Position numbers and translations under genes: made by a program
Notes under the pieces: generated by a model
What the model was told of the DNA's origin: nothing
The model's input: the letters and a program-made list of their open reading frames with translations, nothing else
The model's database searches: none
Part shown: piece after piece, positions 24,101 through 33,400 of the stretch
How the letters are laid out: every line of letters begins with the position of its first letter
How positions within the stretch are numbered: position 1 is the first letter of the stretch
Assembly (NCBI GenBank): GCA_000934665.2
Contig: JYFJ02003730.1
Span: forward strand, 1-38,345
Direction: 5' to 3'
Length of the DNA stretch: 38,345 nt
Source of the DNA: Catajapyx aquilonaris
Taxonomy: Eukaryota

Positions 24101-27100
24101 ATGATTGTTTGCATGTCTTTGTTTTTGATACTGATTTTGTTGAGTTGCATATACAGGGTGATCAAGAATGCTTGTATGACTAATATGGCTATTTGTTAGC
24201 TCTAATATGCTTAATTTTAGCAGTGAGTTGCCATGCATAGTTATTAATCCAGTTATTAATGGTTATCAGAAGTGTTAATGGTTATCAGAAGTTTAATGGT
24301 TATCAGAAGTGTTAGTTGCTAATATTACGCTGAACTGAATCATCCATTCAAGCTCTGAACTCGAAAGTATTTTTAATTAGGAATGCGATGCCGCATTGCA
24401 ACAATTGAAGGCTTTGGCACAAAAACCAGATAAGTCCAAGTAATTTTTGTTACGTTCGAGAAAACAAAGAAAAACTGAATTACCGGCTAATTTTTTAAAT
24501 GTTTCCAAAGATAATTTCTTGTTTAATACGAGATACCAAAGTCTGTAGTGAACTGTAGTGCAAAGCACACTTCCTTATGGGTGGATAGGTACAGGAACTT
24601 ATAGAAAGCTTACGGCCCATTTGGATTTATTTTTTAAATTTTTTTCCCCAGAATGTCCTCATATGAGGACAATAGGTCTCTAGAAGCTATATTTTCTCAG
24701 TGGAGGGTGTGACAGATCTGATTTTTGAACCAAAAGATGCAGAATGGTCCCAAGCTGGCAGAAACACCCGTAACGCATTTTCAGCCAAAAGTGGACTTAT
24801 CCTGTTTTTGCACAACCCTTCAATTGTCATCTCACGTCAATGACATAACCCATTTTGTGCTTGCCATACCCCTTGCAGTCTTGAAAACGGATTGGTTCAT
24901 GCAACCTAACATTAGCAGCTAATTCTTATGAGAACCATTAAAATATTTGTAAAAGTAACTACTACAAAATAGACAGCTACAAATAGACAAATATACAAAT
25001 AATGACAACAAATATCCATATCAATTGGACAAAGTGTTTAGGATCACCCTGTACTTCTCTAGCGATTACCTTTTAAGACACATAGTGCTATCATTCTTAT
25101 TGAAACCTGCCAGTTGTGCTAGTGATCATTTTGAATTCGATGGCAAATTTCTAGTGTTATTCATGTAGCACAACAAAACTCATCTGGAAGATGTCATAAG
25201 GAACGGTATGCAAAATACAGTGCACCAAATTATTGACTGCACCACATATAACACTGGAAGTGAAGCATTATTAGTTTTATCTGGAATGCAATGTACACCT
25301 GAATGCAATTGAAGGTGGTTTTGTCTGCAGAAGTGATTGATTATTGTGGGAGGGAAGAACTAAATGTTTAATTCTTCAGCAGGTAAGAAGCATGCTGCAC
25401 CATTCAGCAGTCAAGTTAGTAGCACCCAGGCCACCTCCACATGCCGAACCACCTCGGCGTTCGATCAGTCACCAACCTGGCCTTCCCATGCAGCATCAGT
25501 CTTACAATATCCACAATGGTAGGTTCTGGTGGCGATGTTAAAGGCTCATAAGACAGTATTATTTATACATATATTCCCTTTTAACAGAGTAGTACAATGA
25601 GAACAATATCCTGCTCTTCTACAGTTTATGAGGGGGAAAAGGTGTATGTGTGCCTGTATGACATTAGCTCTGGGGATGGAAATGGGTGTTTTAACTGTAA
25701 CTGTGGGGACAATTTCCAAATTGTGGGGACATTTTCAGTCCCCATTGCTAAAACGCCTGATGTACTACTTCAGTGGGGACATGTCCCCACAATTGGGTTT
25801 TCCAAAATTCCATTTTTCTCAGCCTAGGTTAGGTAGGGTAAGGTAGATTAGATTAGGTTAGTTTATGTTATGATAAACTAGGTTTCAAAAGTTGTTATCA
25901 ATGTCCCCAGAGCTAATGTCGTACAAGAGAGAGTGTGTTTTATTTTTGTATGTCAGACTCCACGTGGTTACTGTCTTGGCTTCCGTATAAACAGTCGCAA
26001 AGAATACTAGCAAGTATACTATATTACCTGGCATGTTGTGGCAAGCCGGTATCAAAGGAGGCTGACCAGGAGGCTAGTATACCCTGGGAGAGCTTCCTGG
26101 CCAGAATAAAATGGGGGCAAATTTTGTGATTTCTTCCTTCCCTTGCAAATTAGTAGATGATATTTTAATTCACCACTATTTAATGTCTGCAATAATGCCT
26201 TGTGAGGAGAGGCAAAGTGATTTATAAGTTAGAAGAAAAGTACAAGTGCAAACTGATGCTGATTAATAAAAATTAAACCTTTCTCAGATTGTGGGAGGAA
26301 GATTGCATTTTGCCAAAAGTTGTGAAGTGACAGCATAGTGTTCTTATGAATGGCTGCAGACTCATGTGGGAGAGGGTGGGGCTCTATTCCTCGTATTTTT
26401 TCTATCTTGGAAGGAATTATGCTTTTTGCTTAACATATTCTTTGCAGGTAAAATGTAGGCAAACCCCCACGCAAAATTGGCATGCTGGTATAGCCACCAG
26501 ATGTACACTTATACAATATATAGTGTGGTCACCCCTGTTTTTAGCAGGGTAATATGGTATTATGAAGAATATTTTGAATGGCTATTTTGGTTGGTCAGAC
26601 AAAAGGTGCACACCACTTCACAACCACTTTTTTGTACCATGTCAAGCCAAGTTCTGCAGATGGTCTTTTAGTAATGTAATTAGCATGAGAAGTTTGATAA
26701 AAGGCCAGTATATTAACCCTTTCCTTCCTGCCGTAAGGAAATTGCACAAGTGCAAAAATGGGAAATTTAGTTTTAGTACAGATAGGGCTAAGCTTTTCTT
26801 ATTTTTAGTAAAGAACTAAGGCATTTGCTTTTGATCCTGGAGGTATAAGATCACTTGTATACATAGGTTTTATGACTCGGCACCTACCTGACATAATGGG
26901 GAAGTAGCCTTGGTCTGGGATTTGGGATTTTTGTTCATAACTAGCTAGCCCATGCCTGTAAACATACATTCCATCACTCTGTTGCATCAAAATGACATTA
27001 CTGGATAAATTACGGCACATTTAAAAGTGCCTTCAAAATTGGCGGGAAAAACGGGGCAGCCGGGTGGTGCCAATCGAAAGGGTACACTGAAATGCCTGGT

Positions 27101-29846
27101 TGACTGCGAGATATGAGGAATTTGACTTTGAATTAACTGCGGACACGACGGAAAGCATTCGCAAGGAAGCTGTAGGCCATCGAGGTGGAGAAAGGGGGCC
27201 TTCATGTGCCGAATTCGGGTGACAGATAATTCCTACCAGTTGGCACCACTGTCAGCCCAGAAGCGATTTGAGCGGCCTGGAATAAATACGCGCCCCGGCC
27301 GCTATCTTGCTCACGGAATGGGACGGTTGCTAACAGCGAAGCATTTTACAACAATGACGGGGCGCGTTCTATAACACCATTTTTGCGTTCATTTCACTTC
27401 GCGTGACGTCAACATTTTCGAGGCAAACAGTGACGTCACCATTTGCCTACGAAAAAACGCCAATATCTCCGGAACTGAAACTGATATCTTAAAACGGAAT
27501 GCGGCAAAAAAATCCAAAAAATATGGGGGAATTTATTATGTAGTTTCCAAAATGAAGGCTACTTCCCCATTATAGCCTGACCCATAGGCCTAAATGTTCT
27601 GTTGTCCAAACTTTTTTTGAGATCTCTGGTAGGTGGCCACCTAATGAAAGTGGATAAATTATGGAAACTACTTTTTTGGGAGCACCAGTGTCCTGGCTGT
27701 TTACCTGAATTTATTTTCAAAATTGTTGTAGTCTATAAGGCAAACATTTTGGCATATTATGATGATGAGAGAAATAATGAGGGAAAAGATTAAGTGAAGA
27801 GAATTACTTCCAAAGCATGATACATTGCCTGACAGATAACCACTTTTCTTGGGGCCCTCACTTAGGGCTTGAGATGGGGGACTTTACCTGGAAAGGTTCA
27901 GAAAACTTGTGAAACCATACAAAACTACAAAATCATGACTTTGGACGCCAAAAAATTAGCATAATATTGAAACATTTTGAAGTGTATTTTGTTGTTGACA
28001 TAATTACGTGAGCATAATATTTTGTGCCACACTATCTTCTTGGATAAACAGTTGACTCCGGATGTAAAGCCTCGGCCATAACGGACATTCGGTTATAACA
28101 AACTCGAAAGGTCGGTCCTGCCATAGTTCCATAAGACCCTGTGTATTTTGACTCCTGATATAACTGACTCGTTTTCACTTCACATTGGCTATAACAGACC
28201 ATTTTTTGGCCCCTTGAAGGGAAAATGTGCTGTTTTTCATTACTCAGCTTCCTTTCCCAGACGAAGAAAGCATTGCATACTGGAACTGGGATGATTTTTG
28301 TACCTGTCACTGATCTTACAATTGCCAGAAAGGTCAAAATCATACCTTTTCTGGTATATTTGCCAAGAAGGAGATAGCAGGAGAAAATGACGGATATTTT
28401 TGGTCCTGTCTAATTTACAAATGAGCTGATTTCGCATTTATTGATAGTTTTATTAATCAGTATGCAGTAGTGTGCATTATAGGCATGTGGCAAGCAGAAA
28501 ACTTAGTGTATTGGTTGGAAAAGTCACGATTTGGCTATAACAGACCTCAGTTATAACAGACTGGTTTCCTCGGTCCCTTGAAGTCTGTTATATCTGGATT
28601 GAACTCTACAGGGTGATCGAAAAAAGATGCATGGAATTTGAAACCCTATAACTTGAAAACTTGTAGACATATCTAAATGATTTATGTTTTGAAATGCTAA
28701 GAAATGTCTAAAGTTTTGGTCTCACCTTAGTTTGTTTCAAGAGGAGCTTCATTTGTCGCTCAGCAGATTTAAAAGGCGGTAATCGGTCTCATGCCCAACC
28801 CGCTTAATCATATCTGGAGGTAACTTTGCAATCCTATCCCGTAGGTGCTGGATGTGATGGGTCTCTACACCACACACATTGTTCTTAATGATGCAAATAA
28901 AAAGTCGCCTCATCCATGAAACAAACCTGCTGTAGGAACGTTTCTCGCCAACGAAAAAATATAAAGACATTTTCTAGAAGACAAAGTAAATATCTATGGC
29001 AAGTTTCATTATTTTGATTCAACCCAGCATCATACTCTCTATACAGTAGTGCATTAGAAACCTGTGAATAGCTAATTTTTTACAATGTCTGGGCCCATTT
29101 TCCAATTATCCGTGTTTTCGCTGATCTGGCAACTCCCGTGCAGTCATTAGCCCAGATAATCAGGAGTACAGTGTATTTTAATTAACTATTACTGGCACAA
29201 GCTCACTCTCTGGAATAGTTTGACACCTATTTTGTGGTTCTGGTATATGCTTTAGATATGAACCTGTTCGAGTGGCAGGGTGTTTGGTGACTAGGTCATG
29301 TTTTTTTAGTCCTGTAGGGCTTGACCCTGAAACTCAAATGCCCGATTGCACCAACTGAAATTACTGATCCGATAGCTTCTAATGGATTGTTAGGAGCCCT
29401 TATCGAACAGTTTCGGTTAAGCCAACAAATAAGTGTTCACTGGTCATAATATTAACAATTTCTTACTTCTTTGTTTGCATTGCAGGTGCCACACCACCTG
29501 GCCACCCTCCTCCACCTCGTCGACCAATGGTTCCACCTCCAGCTGTCATGCCTCGACCTCCATCACATCCACGCTCACCTGAAGGACCTGGTGTTGCTGT
29601 TGGAGACCCACAACAATTCCATGCTGCCACAGCTAGTGTGGGAAATGTTGGGAGTGTGGGTTCTGTTCATGAGGTATGTACTGACTGACACTTGGTTCAT
29701 TGCCTAGTCTGACCTAGACTCCTGTCTAACAGGAACCAATAATGGATGGCAGCCCCCGTCACTCCATTGCTTCCAACAATAGCAGCAATTTGAGCACCCC
29801 TCCAAGTCCAGGCCGTGACCAAGGTTCTTCTAGTTATGAGAGCTAG
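2981..29846 (+). CDS. gek: Genghis khan / MRCK (CDC42BP-family, DMPK-like) Ser/Thr kinase, 5'-partial; 27 exons, ~1485 aa in window
   Basis: Exon phases join into one open frame to TAG at 29844-29846; domain order AGC tail (FVGFTF), coiled coil, C1, PH, CNH, CRIB is diagnostic of MRCK/Gek. Confidence 0.96.
3181..3389 (+). CDS. gek: gek exon: AGC-kinase C-terminal tail with hydrophobic motif
   Basis: tttcag|[10 protein letters not shown]...[16 protein letters not shown]...[12 protein letters not shown]|gtaatg. Confidence 0.95.
3456..3604 (+). CDS. gek: gek exon: start of coiled coil
   Basis: tttcag|..KVSDLGC...[21 protein letters not shown]|gtgaga. Confidence 0.9.
3663..3812 (+). CDS. gek: gek exon: coiled coil
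   Basis: acacag|DACQTLQ...[17 protein letters not shown]|gtaagt. Confidence 0.88.
3871..4025 (+). CDS. gek: gek exon: coiled coil
   Basis: tttcag|ELEAQLNN...[10 protein letters not shown]|gtaaga. Confidence 0.9.
4082..4188 (+). CDS. gek: gek exon: coiled coil (KELK motif)
   Basis: ttgcag|[35 protein letters not shown]|gtaagt. Confidence 0.92.
4253..4561 (+). CDS. gek: gek exon: coiled coil
   Basis: cctcag|[30 protein letters not shown]...SQEIA|gttagt. Confidence 0.92.
4625..4766 (+). CDS. gek: gek exon: coiled coil
   Basis: tgacag|[12 protein letters not shown]...DMLEKE|gtacgg. Confidence 0.9.
5336..5485 (+). CDS. gek: gek exon: coiled coil
   Basis: ggacag|[12 protein letters not shown]...[11 protein letters not shown]|gtgagt. 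Confidence 0.87.
5571..5695 (+). CDS. gek: gek exon: coiled coil
   Basis: tttcag|LSETINRLQ...[17 protein letters not shown](W)|gtgcgt. Confidence 0.92.
5749..5857 (+). CDS. gek: gek exon: conserved MRCK coiled-coil motif
   Basis: tttcag|(W)[26 protein letters not shown]...PAS|gtaagt. Confidence 0.93.
5929..6077 (+). CDS. gek: gek exon: DMPK-coil region
   Basis: ttgcag|[38 protein letters not shown]...|gtaagc. Confidence 0.93.
6147..6253 (+). CDS. gek: gek exon: end of coiled coil
   Basis: ttgcag|..DTRDLKQRV...QQRLESGEG|gtaagt. Confidence 0.88.
8493..8653 (+). CDS. gek: gek exon: linker before C1
   Basis: gtttag|(F)[17 protein letters not shown]...[11 protein letters not shown]|gtgagt; phase-compatible with both neighbours. 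Confidence 0.85.
8928..9165 (+). CDS. gek: gek exon: C1 (DAG/phorbol-ester type) zinc finger
   Basis: [57 protein letters not shown] branch point at 8872-8878 and long pyrimidine tract. Confidence 0.95.
9330..9616 (+). CDS. gek: gek exon: PH domain (N-part)
   Basis: [32 protein letters not shown]...[15 protein letters not shown]|gtgagt. Confidence 0.95.
9672..9815 (+). CDS. gek: gek exon: PH domain (C-terminal helix)
   Basis: tttcag|[10 protein letters not shown]...[19 protein letters not shown]..|gtgagt. Confidence 0.93.
9879..10014 (+). CDS. gek: gek exon: CNH domain start
   Basis: tctcag|VFRAKELLD...[21 protein letters not shown]|gtatgt. Confidence 0.93.
10071..10315 (+). CDS. gek: gek exon: CNH domain
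   Basis: ttacag|[23 protein letters not shown]...ETKGC...LCVAVKRQ|gtgaga. Confidence 0.93.
10397..10577 (+). CDS. gek: gek exon: CNH domain
   Basis: ttgcag|[19 protein letters not shown]...LCIGYQSGF...HPQ|gtgagt. Confidence 0.92.
10773..10961 (+). CDS. gek: gek exon: CNH domain
   Basis: ccacag|[10 protein letters not shown]...[21 protein letters not shown]...PTAV|gttagt. Confidence 0.93.
11019..11204 (+). CDS. gek: gek exon: CNH domain end
   Basis: ttgcag|[18 protein letters not shown]...[14 protein letters not shown]...|gtgagt. Confidence 0.92.
11273..11369 (+). CDS. gek: gek exon: CNH-CRIB linker
   Basis: tttcag|(P)[31 protein letters not shown]|gtaagt; RRFS motif typical of MRCK. Confidence 0.88.
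12124..12626. mobile_element. Near-palindromic MITE with TTAA TSD (Kolobok-like AGG terminus)
   Basis: TTAA|AGGGACACTCCACTCAAAAT...ATTTTGAGTGGAGTGTCCCT|TTAA; inverted symmetry continues through most of the element. Confidence 0.85.
12812..12890. mobile_element. Small hairpin MITE, internally deleted copy of 13374-13474
   Basis: TA|CTATATCACTCAAAAAC...GTTTTTGAGCGATATAG|TA. Confidence 0.8.
13374..13474. mobile_element. 101-bp near-perfect hairpin MITE
   Basis: ctatatcactcaaaaacatagagacgattttgcatttga ... tcaaatgcaaaatcgtctctatgtttttgagtgatatag|TA. Confidence 0.85.
13705..13947. mobile_element. Probable left end of a piggyBac-like non-autonomous element (host of later insertions)
   Basis: TTAA|CCCTTATAAAACGGG followed by subterminal palindrome tgttacatatatgtaaca; matching right end not identified. 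Confidence 0.4.
13948..14302 (-). mobile_element. tRNA-derived SINE (~355 bp) with 17-bp TSD
   Basis: Minus-strand head with A-box-like TGGTGCTGCGG (14282-14292) and B box GGTTCGATCCC (14239-14249); 3' stem-loop at 13989-14004 and (TTA)-rich tail; direct repeat CCTAAAACAAACCAGTA at 13931-13947 and 14303-14319. Confidence 0.9.
14409..15024 (-). mobile_element. pogo/Tigger-like internally deleted transposon
   Basis: TA|CAGGTAAAATCTCGTT ... AACGAGATTTTACTG|TA; repeated ttcgtaataacgg-like subterminal motifs; minus-strand acidic peptide [23 protein letters not shown] resembles Tigger transposase C-termini. Confidence 0.75.
15875..16311. mobile_element. Foldback MITE with 7-bp TSD (P/Galileo-like)
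   Basis: CCTTGGC|CAGGGAGCATATACTACATAAGAGGCGCAAAC ... GTTTGCGCCTCTTATGTAGTATATGCTCCCTG|CCTTGGC; arms ~200 bp. Confidence 0.85.
17342..18994. mobile_element. Long foldback structure: ~580-bp inverted arms (17342-17928 / 18423-18994) around a ~495-bp spacer
   Basis: Arms align almost throughout with scattered substitutions and small indels; outer ends TAGTACGTCTGGTACAT / ATGTACCAGACATACTA. Confidence 0.9.
17961..18290. mobile_element. piggyBac-like MITE nested in the foldback spacer
   Basis: TTAA|CCCTTAACTAGTGACCTGG ... CCAGGGCACCAGTTAAGTG|TTAA; subterminal cctggggtgtt(t/g)aaagaccccagg palindromes; perfect 21-bp-arm hairpin at 18154-18196. Confidence 0.8.
19733..20402. mobile_element. Old, diverged MITE
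   Basis: AGGTGCAT...ATGCACCT ends plus inverted match gagctgagatgtaatgct (19800-19817) / agcattacatctcaactc (20334-20351). Confidence 0.5.
20715..20763. repeat. 22-bp direct duplication
   Basis: tatggtatggtcactgatatta at 20715-20736 and 20742-20763. Confidence 0.85.
21352..21640. mobile_element. Tc1/mariner-type MITE
   Basis: ~50-bp imperfect TIR CAGGGTGTTTCTT...ATTCCTTGG / CCAAGGAAT...AAGAAACACCCTG; flanked by CA on both sides. Confidence 0.75.
22607..22778 (+). CDS. gek: gek exon: CRIB (Cdc42/Rac-binding) motif
   Basis: cttcag|(T)[26 protein letters not shown]...SMQR|gtagga; phase matches exon ending at 11369. Confidence 0.95.
22891..23218. mobile_element. pogo-like MITE
   Basis: 13-bp perfect TIR CACTAAGTCCCAC / GTGGGACTTAGTG|TA. 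Confidence 0.6.
23263..23580. mobile_element. MITE with ~70-bp TIRs
   Basis: tatactaggggcaagataactcatgc...ggaggtggcttgtggccttgg / ccaaggacaaaagccacctcc...gcatgagtcatcatgcccctagtata. Confidence 0.75.
24154..25051. mobile_element. Tc1/mariner-type non-autonomous element
   Basis: TA|CAGGGTGATC...atatgg / ccatat...GATCACCCTG|TA; internal 3x ttaatggttatcagaagt(g) tandem at 24256-24314. Confidence 0.7.
25383..25518 (+). CDS. gek: gek exon: Pro-rich tail (alternative acceptor at 25380)
   Basis: ttcttcagcag|[30 protein letters not shown]...IHN|gtaggt; supplies the phase 0-to-1 shift needed between flanking exons. Confidence 0.8.
25659..25921. mobile_element. TA-flanked MITE with degenerate TTAGG-like tract
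   Basis: TA|TGACATTAGCTCTGGGGA ... TCCCCAGAGCTAATGTCG|TA; internal tggggaca motifs; taggttaggtagggtaaggtagattagattaggtta near 25825-25860. Confidence 0.75.
26893..27573. mobile_element. Non-autonomous DNA transposon with 19-bp TIR
   Basis: ATAATGGGGAAGTAGCCTT ... AAGGCTACTTCCCCATTAT; flanks tacctgac / agcctgac (6/8, possible decayed 8-bp TSD); CpG-rich interior. Confidence 0.75.
28049..28606. mobile_element. pogo/Tigger-like MITE
   Basis: CAGTTGACTCCGGAT ... ATCTGGATTGAACTC|TA; repeated (g/c)tataacagac subterminal motifs. Confidence 0.65.
28609..28900 (-). pseudogene. Tc1/mariner-superfamily transposase C-terminal remnant with TIR
   Basis: TA|CAGGGTGATCG terminus; minus strand IKNNV...[25 protein letters not shown] then, after a frameshift, [10 protein letters not shown], resembling the DYRLDICRATNGAHIE-type C-terminus. 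Confidence 0.7.
29052..29173. mobile_element. Right end of a pogo-like MITE family also present at 17770-18422
   Basis: cattagaaacctgtg...cccattttccaattatccgtg...cattagcccagataatcaggagtacagtg|TA aligns to 18318-18422; its TIR matches 17770-17792. Confidence 0.7.
29339..29418. mobile_element. Half copy of the hairpin MITE at 33690-33815
   Basis: tgcccgattgcaccaactgaaattactgatccgatagcttctaatggattgttaggagccctt is the near reverse complement of 33755-33815. Confidence 0.75.
29486..29673 (+). CDS. gek: gek exon: Pro-rich tail
   Basis: ttgcag|(G)[35 protein letters not shown]...SVGSVHE|gtatgt. Confidence 0.85.
29733..29846 (+). CDS. gek: gek last coding exon with stop
   Basis: taacag|[37 protein letters not shown]; Ser-rich C-terminus like insect Gek/MRCK. 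Confidence 0.88.
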   Translation, partial: EPIMDGSPRHSIASNNSSNLSTPPSPGRDQGSSSYES

Positions 29847-30410
29847 TTTCCAAGAGACCATCTTGTCCGACTTGGTGTAGTTTGGGACTGAGGTTAGGTC
29901 TCTGGGTGAAGAGCAGTTCCATGTATGTGCATTTCTTTTCTCCTTGCTCACATAGCCCAGCTCTCCTTCAGAAGGCAGAATTGCATCTGTCAATGGAGCA
30001 TTGCCACCTACATGGTAGTCTGCACAGTGGGTCACATGGGAATCTTACGTGATTCCGTATGCCTTGGTAAGGATATGTAGATGTATCCCTGATTTGGGAT
30101 GAGTGGCATACTTGCCATTACAGTTTTCAATTTATCGACACATCACCACTGAGCAATAGCTCCAGCCTCTGATGAGCGCATTTACAGGTGAATTATATGG
30201 TAATTTCCGTAGGCATTACCACTAGTCTGTTGACAATCTAGGAGTTGTTCCCTCCATTATATCCAATCCATTTGGTTCCTTTTTGTTTGTTTTCAAAATG
30301 TTGTGGTTAGTTTTAACAACCTGACGCATTTCTGAAATTAGAAGAAAGTTTTAGCCCTTGGGCACTGAAAATAACAAGGCTCTTTAGCCTACCTTAAGTC
30401 TGGAACAGAC

Positions 30411-30416
30411 AATAAA
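30411..30416 (+). promoter_or_regulatory. Candidate polyadenylation signal
   Basis: AATAAA ~565 nt downstream of the gek stop; usage unverified. Confidence 0.3.
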
Positions 30417-33400
30417 ATAATGTTCTTTGATGGAAAGGATCTGGGCTATGTGAATGCTGCCAACATGTTTGGGCGCAAAGATGCATGAAACGCTTGTCCT
30501 GTTCTGGTCTGTGTGGAACAGTACACGTTTATGCTGCTTCTTACCTCACTTGATTTTACTCGTGTCTTTCTGGTTTTTAGTAACATGGTCAATTTTAATT
30601 TTATATGGTACATGGCATTTGGAGTGCATGTTGGGCCACAGAATCAGTGCCATGGTGCCAGCCCTCTGTGTACCTTGACTTTGGAATTATAGCAGGAACT
30701 TGTTTGGCAGGAGAATGAGAAGTGAAATGAGAGATACAGAGTGTCATACAGCATTCAACACTGTTCAGAGAAACTTGTATAGAAGCGGCTTTGTACTCTA
30801 AGTAACTGACAGTTCTTTTGTACCATTTCTAACACACATTGCTTTTAACGAGGTCATGTGGTATATATTTATTTAAAGAATGTGTGATGTAAATAAATTA
30901 GGGCAAAATCCTCGAGTTTTGTACAATAATGTTTATTTATGGATTTACCACAGCCAATTGCCTCAAAATAGACTTAGTGTTATAGTATTTCTAATGAGTA
31001 TTTTGTTTAATTTTAAACTACAGGGCTATTATGGTGGTGAAGAGAACAAATTGTATGATTCATTCAGGAACTGGCTCATTTTGCCTTTTTTCATATCGAC
31101 TATAACGTAATTTACCATTATATTTTTTTTCACTGCAATAGTCTGTCCCAGTGCTACAGTTGTGTGTGATATTAAATGGCAGGTGTTGACAATTATAGTT
31201 ACACATTTTATTTGAAATTGTTATGAGCAGTCAAGAGGTGGCAGGCTGTGATGCGAGTGAACAAGGAGCAAGATTTCTGCTCAAGAACAAGGAATTGCGT
31301 TGCTAATTGCAAAGGGATCAGACAATTACCCAGTGCAAGTTTGTTCCTTTTTTTTGTGCTGCATAGTAGTATCCAGGGTATATGGATGCCATTCTGCTGA
31401 AGTCACACTCCCATTCAGTTCAGGCATGGGCCCACAGCATTGACTCTGCAGAATTAGGGTGTACCATAATGAGGCAGACAGTACTGATCACGAACCTTTG
31501 ATTGGCAGCCTCTGTAACAAATTACATTTCTACCAGAGCAAACTGAAATGTAGTGTGCCTTGTGAAGCATCACACAATTGTCATGTGCTATTAGCAATAA
31601 GCTATTTAATAACCAACTGAACATGCTAGTCATTTGGGATGTGAATGAGGGCTACAAATAAGTAGACTTCTGCAGTTGTAATGACAGGAATTCTGTAAAG
31701 GAAAAAAATTGTGTTGCCTCAGTTGCTATTCCCACAATTTTCGCTCATCTGTGGAGACCGTACAGTTATGCACATGAGGTGATGTGTGCTTGCAATCTAG
31801 TCCTTGAATTGTTGATTCTATTATTGTAATTCCTACGTAAGTTTTTTTGGGGGGGTTTATAAATTTTTTTCTTTCATTGAGGATGGTGACCGTATCTCCT
31901 TGATAGGCTTGCCAAAGAGCAGCAAGTTTCAGGGCATGAATTGTATGTCGCTATCCATGCACATGTACATGTTGCAAATTATTTGTCAACTGTTTTTTGC
32001 CATACTTATTAAATCCTCGTTATTCAAAATTATCCATAGATCCAGTAGCTATAAATCTAATTATGTGAAACTACCAGTTTCCCTGCATCACACAAAGCCA
32101 TGGTTTTTTGTAGTAAATATTTTTGTCACTATTTAAATTATTCAGCTGTACATAATGGCATGACTGTTCAAAGTTTCCATCGAGGAGAAGCGAACCTGTT
32201 GGGTCTTTTCTTTTCATTGGTCCAAATGCATTGTCTTCCCCAGCAAGTGTGACTGTCCAGATGCCCACCCCACCCCCACACCTCTTTTCAGCAATCAGTA
32301 TTGGGTTCTTGCTTTCCAAAGTGGGACAGTTGGTTCTGGGCTAATGGACACTGGTGTAGTCTGAAATGAGACGGCTGCCTAATATCCCCACAACAATGGG
32401 GCAGGCAGACGATGCCCATGTATGAGACCGATTATTTGTGCTGTGTCATATTTGCAAGTATGCATTTTGTAAAAATAGATTTTTACCTTAGAGTTAATAA
32501 TAATAATAATATATATATATATATATGTAGTGCCAGACAGTGCTCTCTTATTGATTGACAGCGAAATCCTTGGAAAGATGCAAAACCACACAAGAGTACG
32601 AAAAGACTGACTTATTAGTGGAGTGCCTAAATGTTGCTCTTTGATACGTGGTGTCGTAAAATTTTCTTATGATGTTTCCTAAATCATCGACATAAAACCA
32701 TGCAAGTCTGTTGACTTCTGACTATGCCAGAAACACATTTATGTTGCAATTGAAATGCCTTGTGTGAAAAGGGAATTACTAATTCTTGTTTGTTTTGAGT
32801 TGTCCATGCCATTGTGAAGTTTTCTGTAAACACTATCAATCTGCAAGTGCAAGGATAAAGTTATGCAAATGAAATTAAAAAGAAGTAACAATTATTCCAG
32901 AGAAAGCGTATCCTTGGGCCTCAAGGGGTATACTTGACTATACAAACTGACTTTTTTATCAGCATTTTCAACACACAGGAAGGGTTTTTGAAATCATTTA
33001 TTCTCGTAAATGGGATATGTCGGTGAAATTAACTACGTAATGTCGTTGGTAGTTAAGAATCAAACTGCGATTATTCTGTATTATAAGGTACAGTTAGGGC
33101 ATCCCTTAATCACTGACAGTGAGTGATGTGTGAAAGAGTCACTACAAGTAAGCTGTATATCCCAGGACATAGTTATGACCGTCTCTCAATTATTGGTATA
33201 CCCCATTCAGCCTTATACATGTATGCCATTTATTTGACACATGGTACTTTGGAAATCATTACACACATGGCATGACAACTATACTTATCTTTAGGAGCCT
33301 GTAATTGCTCTGTTATCACATTGAGTTTTTGGTAGCTGGTGGCAAGAAGAGAAGGCTGTGGGTGGAAGCTGACATAAGGCTGAATGTAGTATCCTGTAAC

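Noticed and set aside
26713..26800. piggyBac-like left end TTAA|CCCTTTCC
   Set aside because: No matching right end located.
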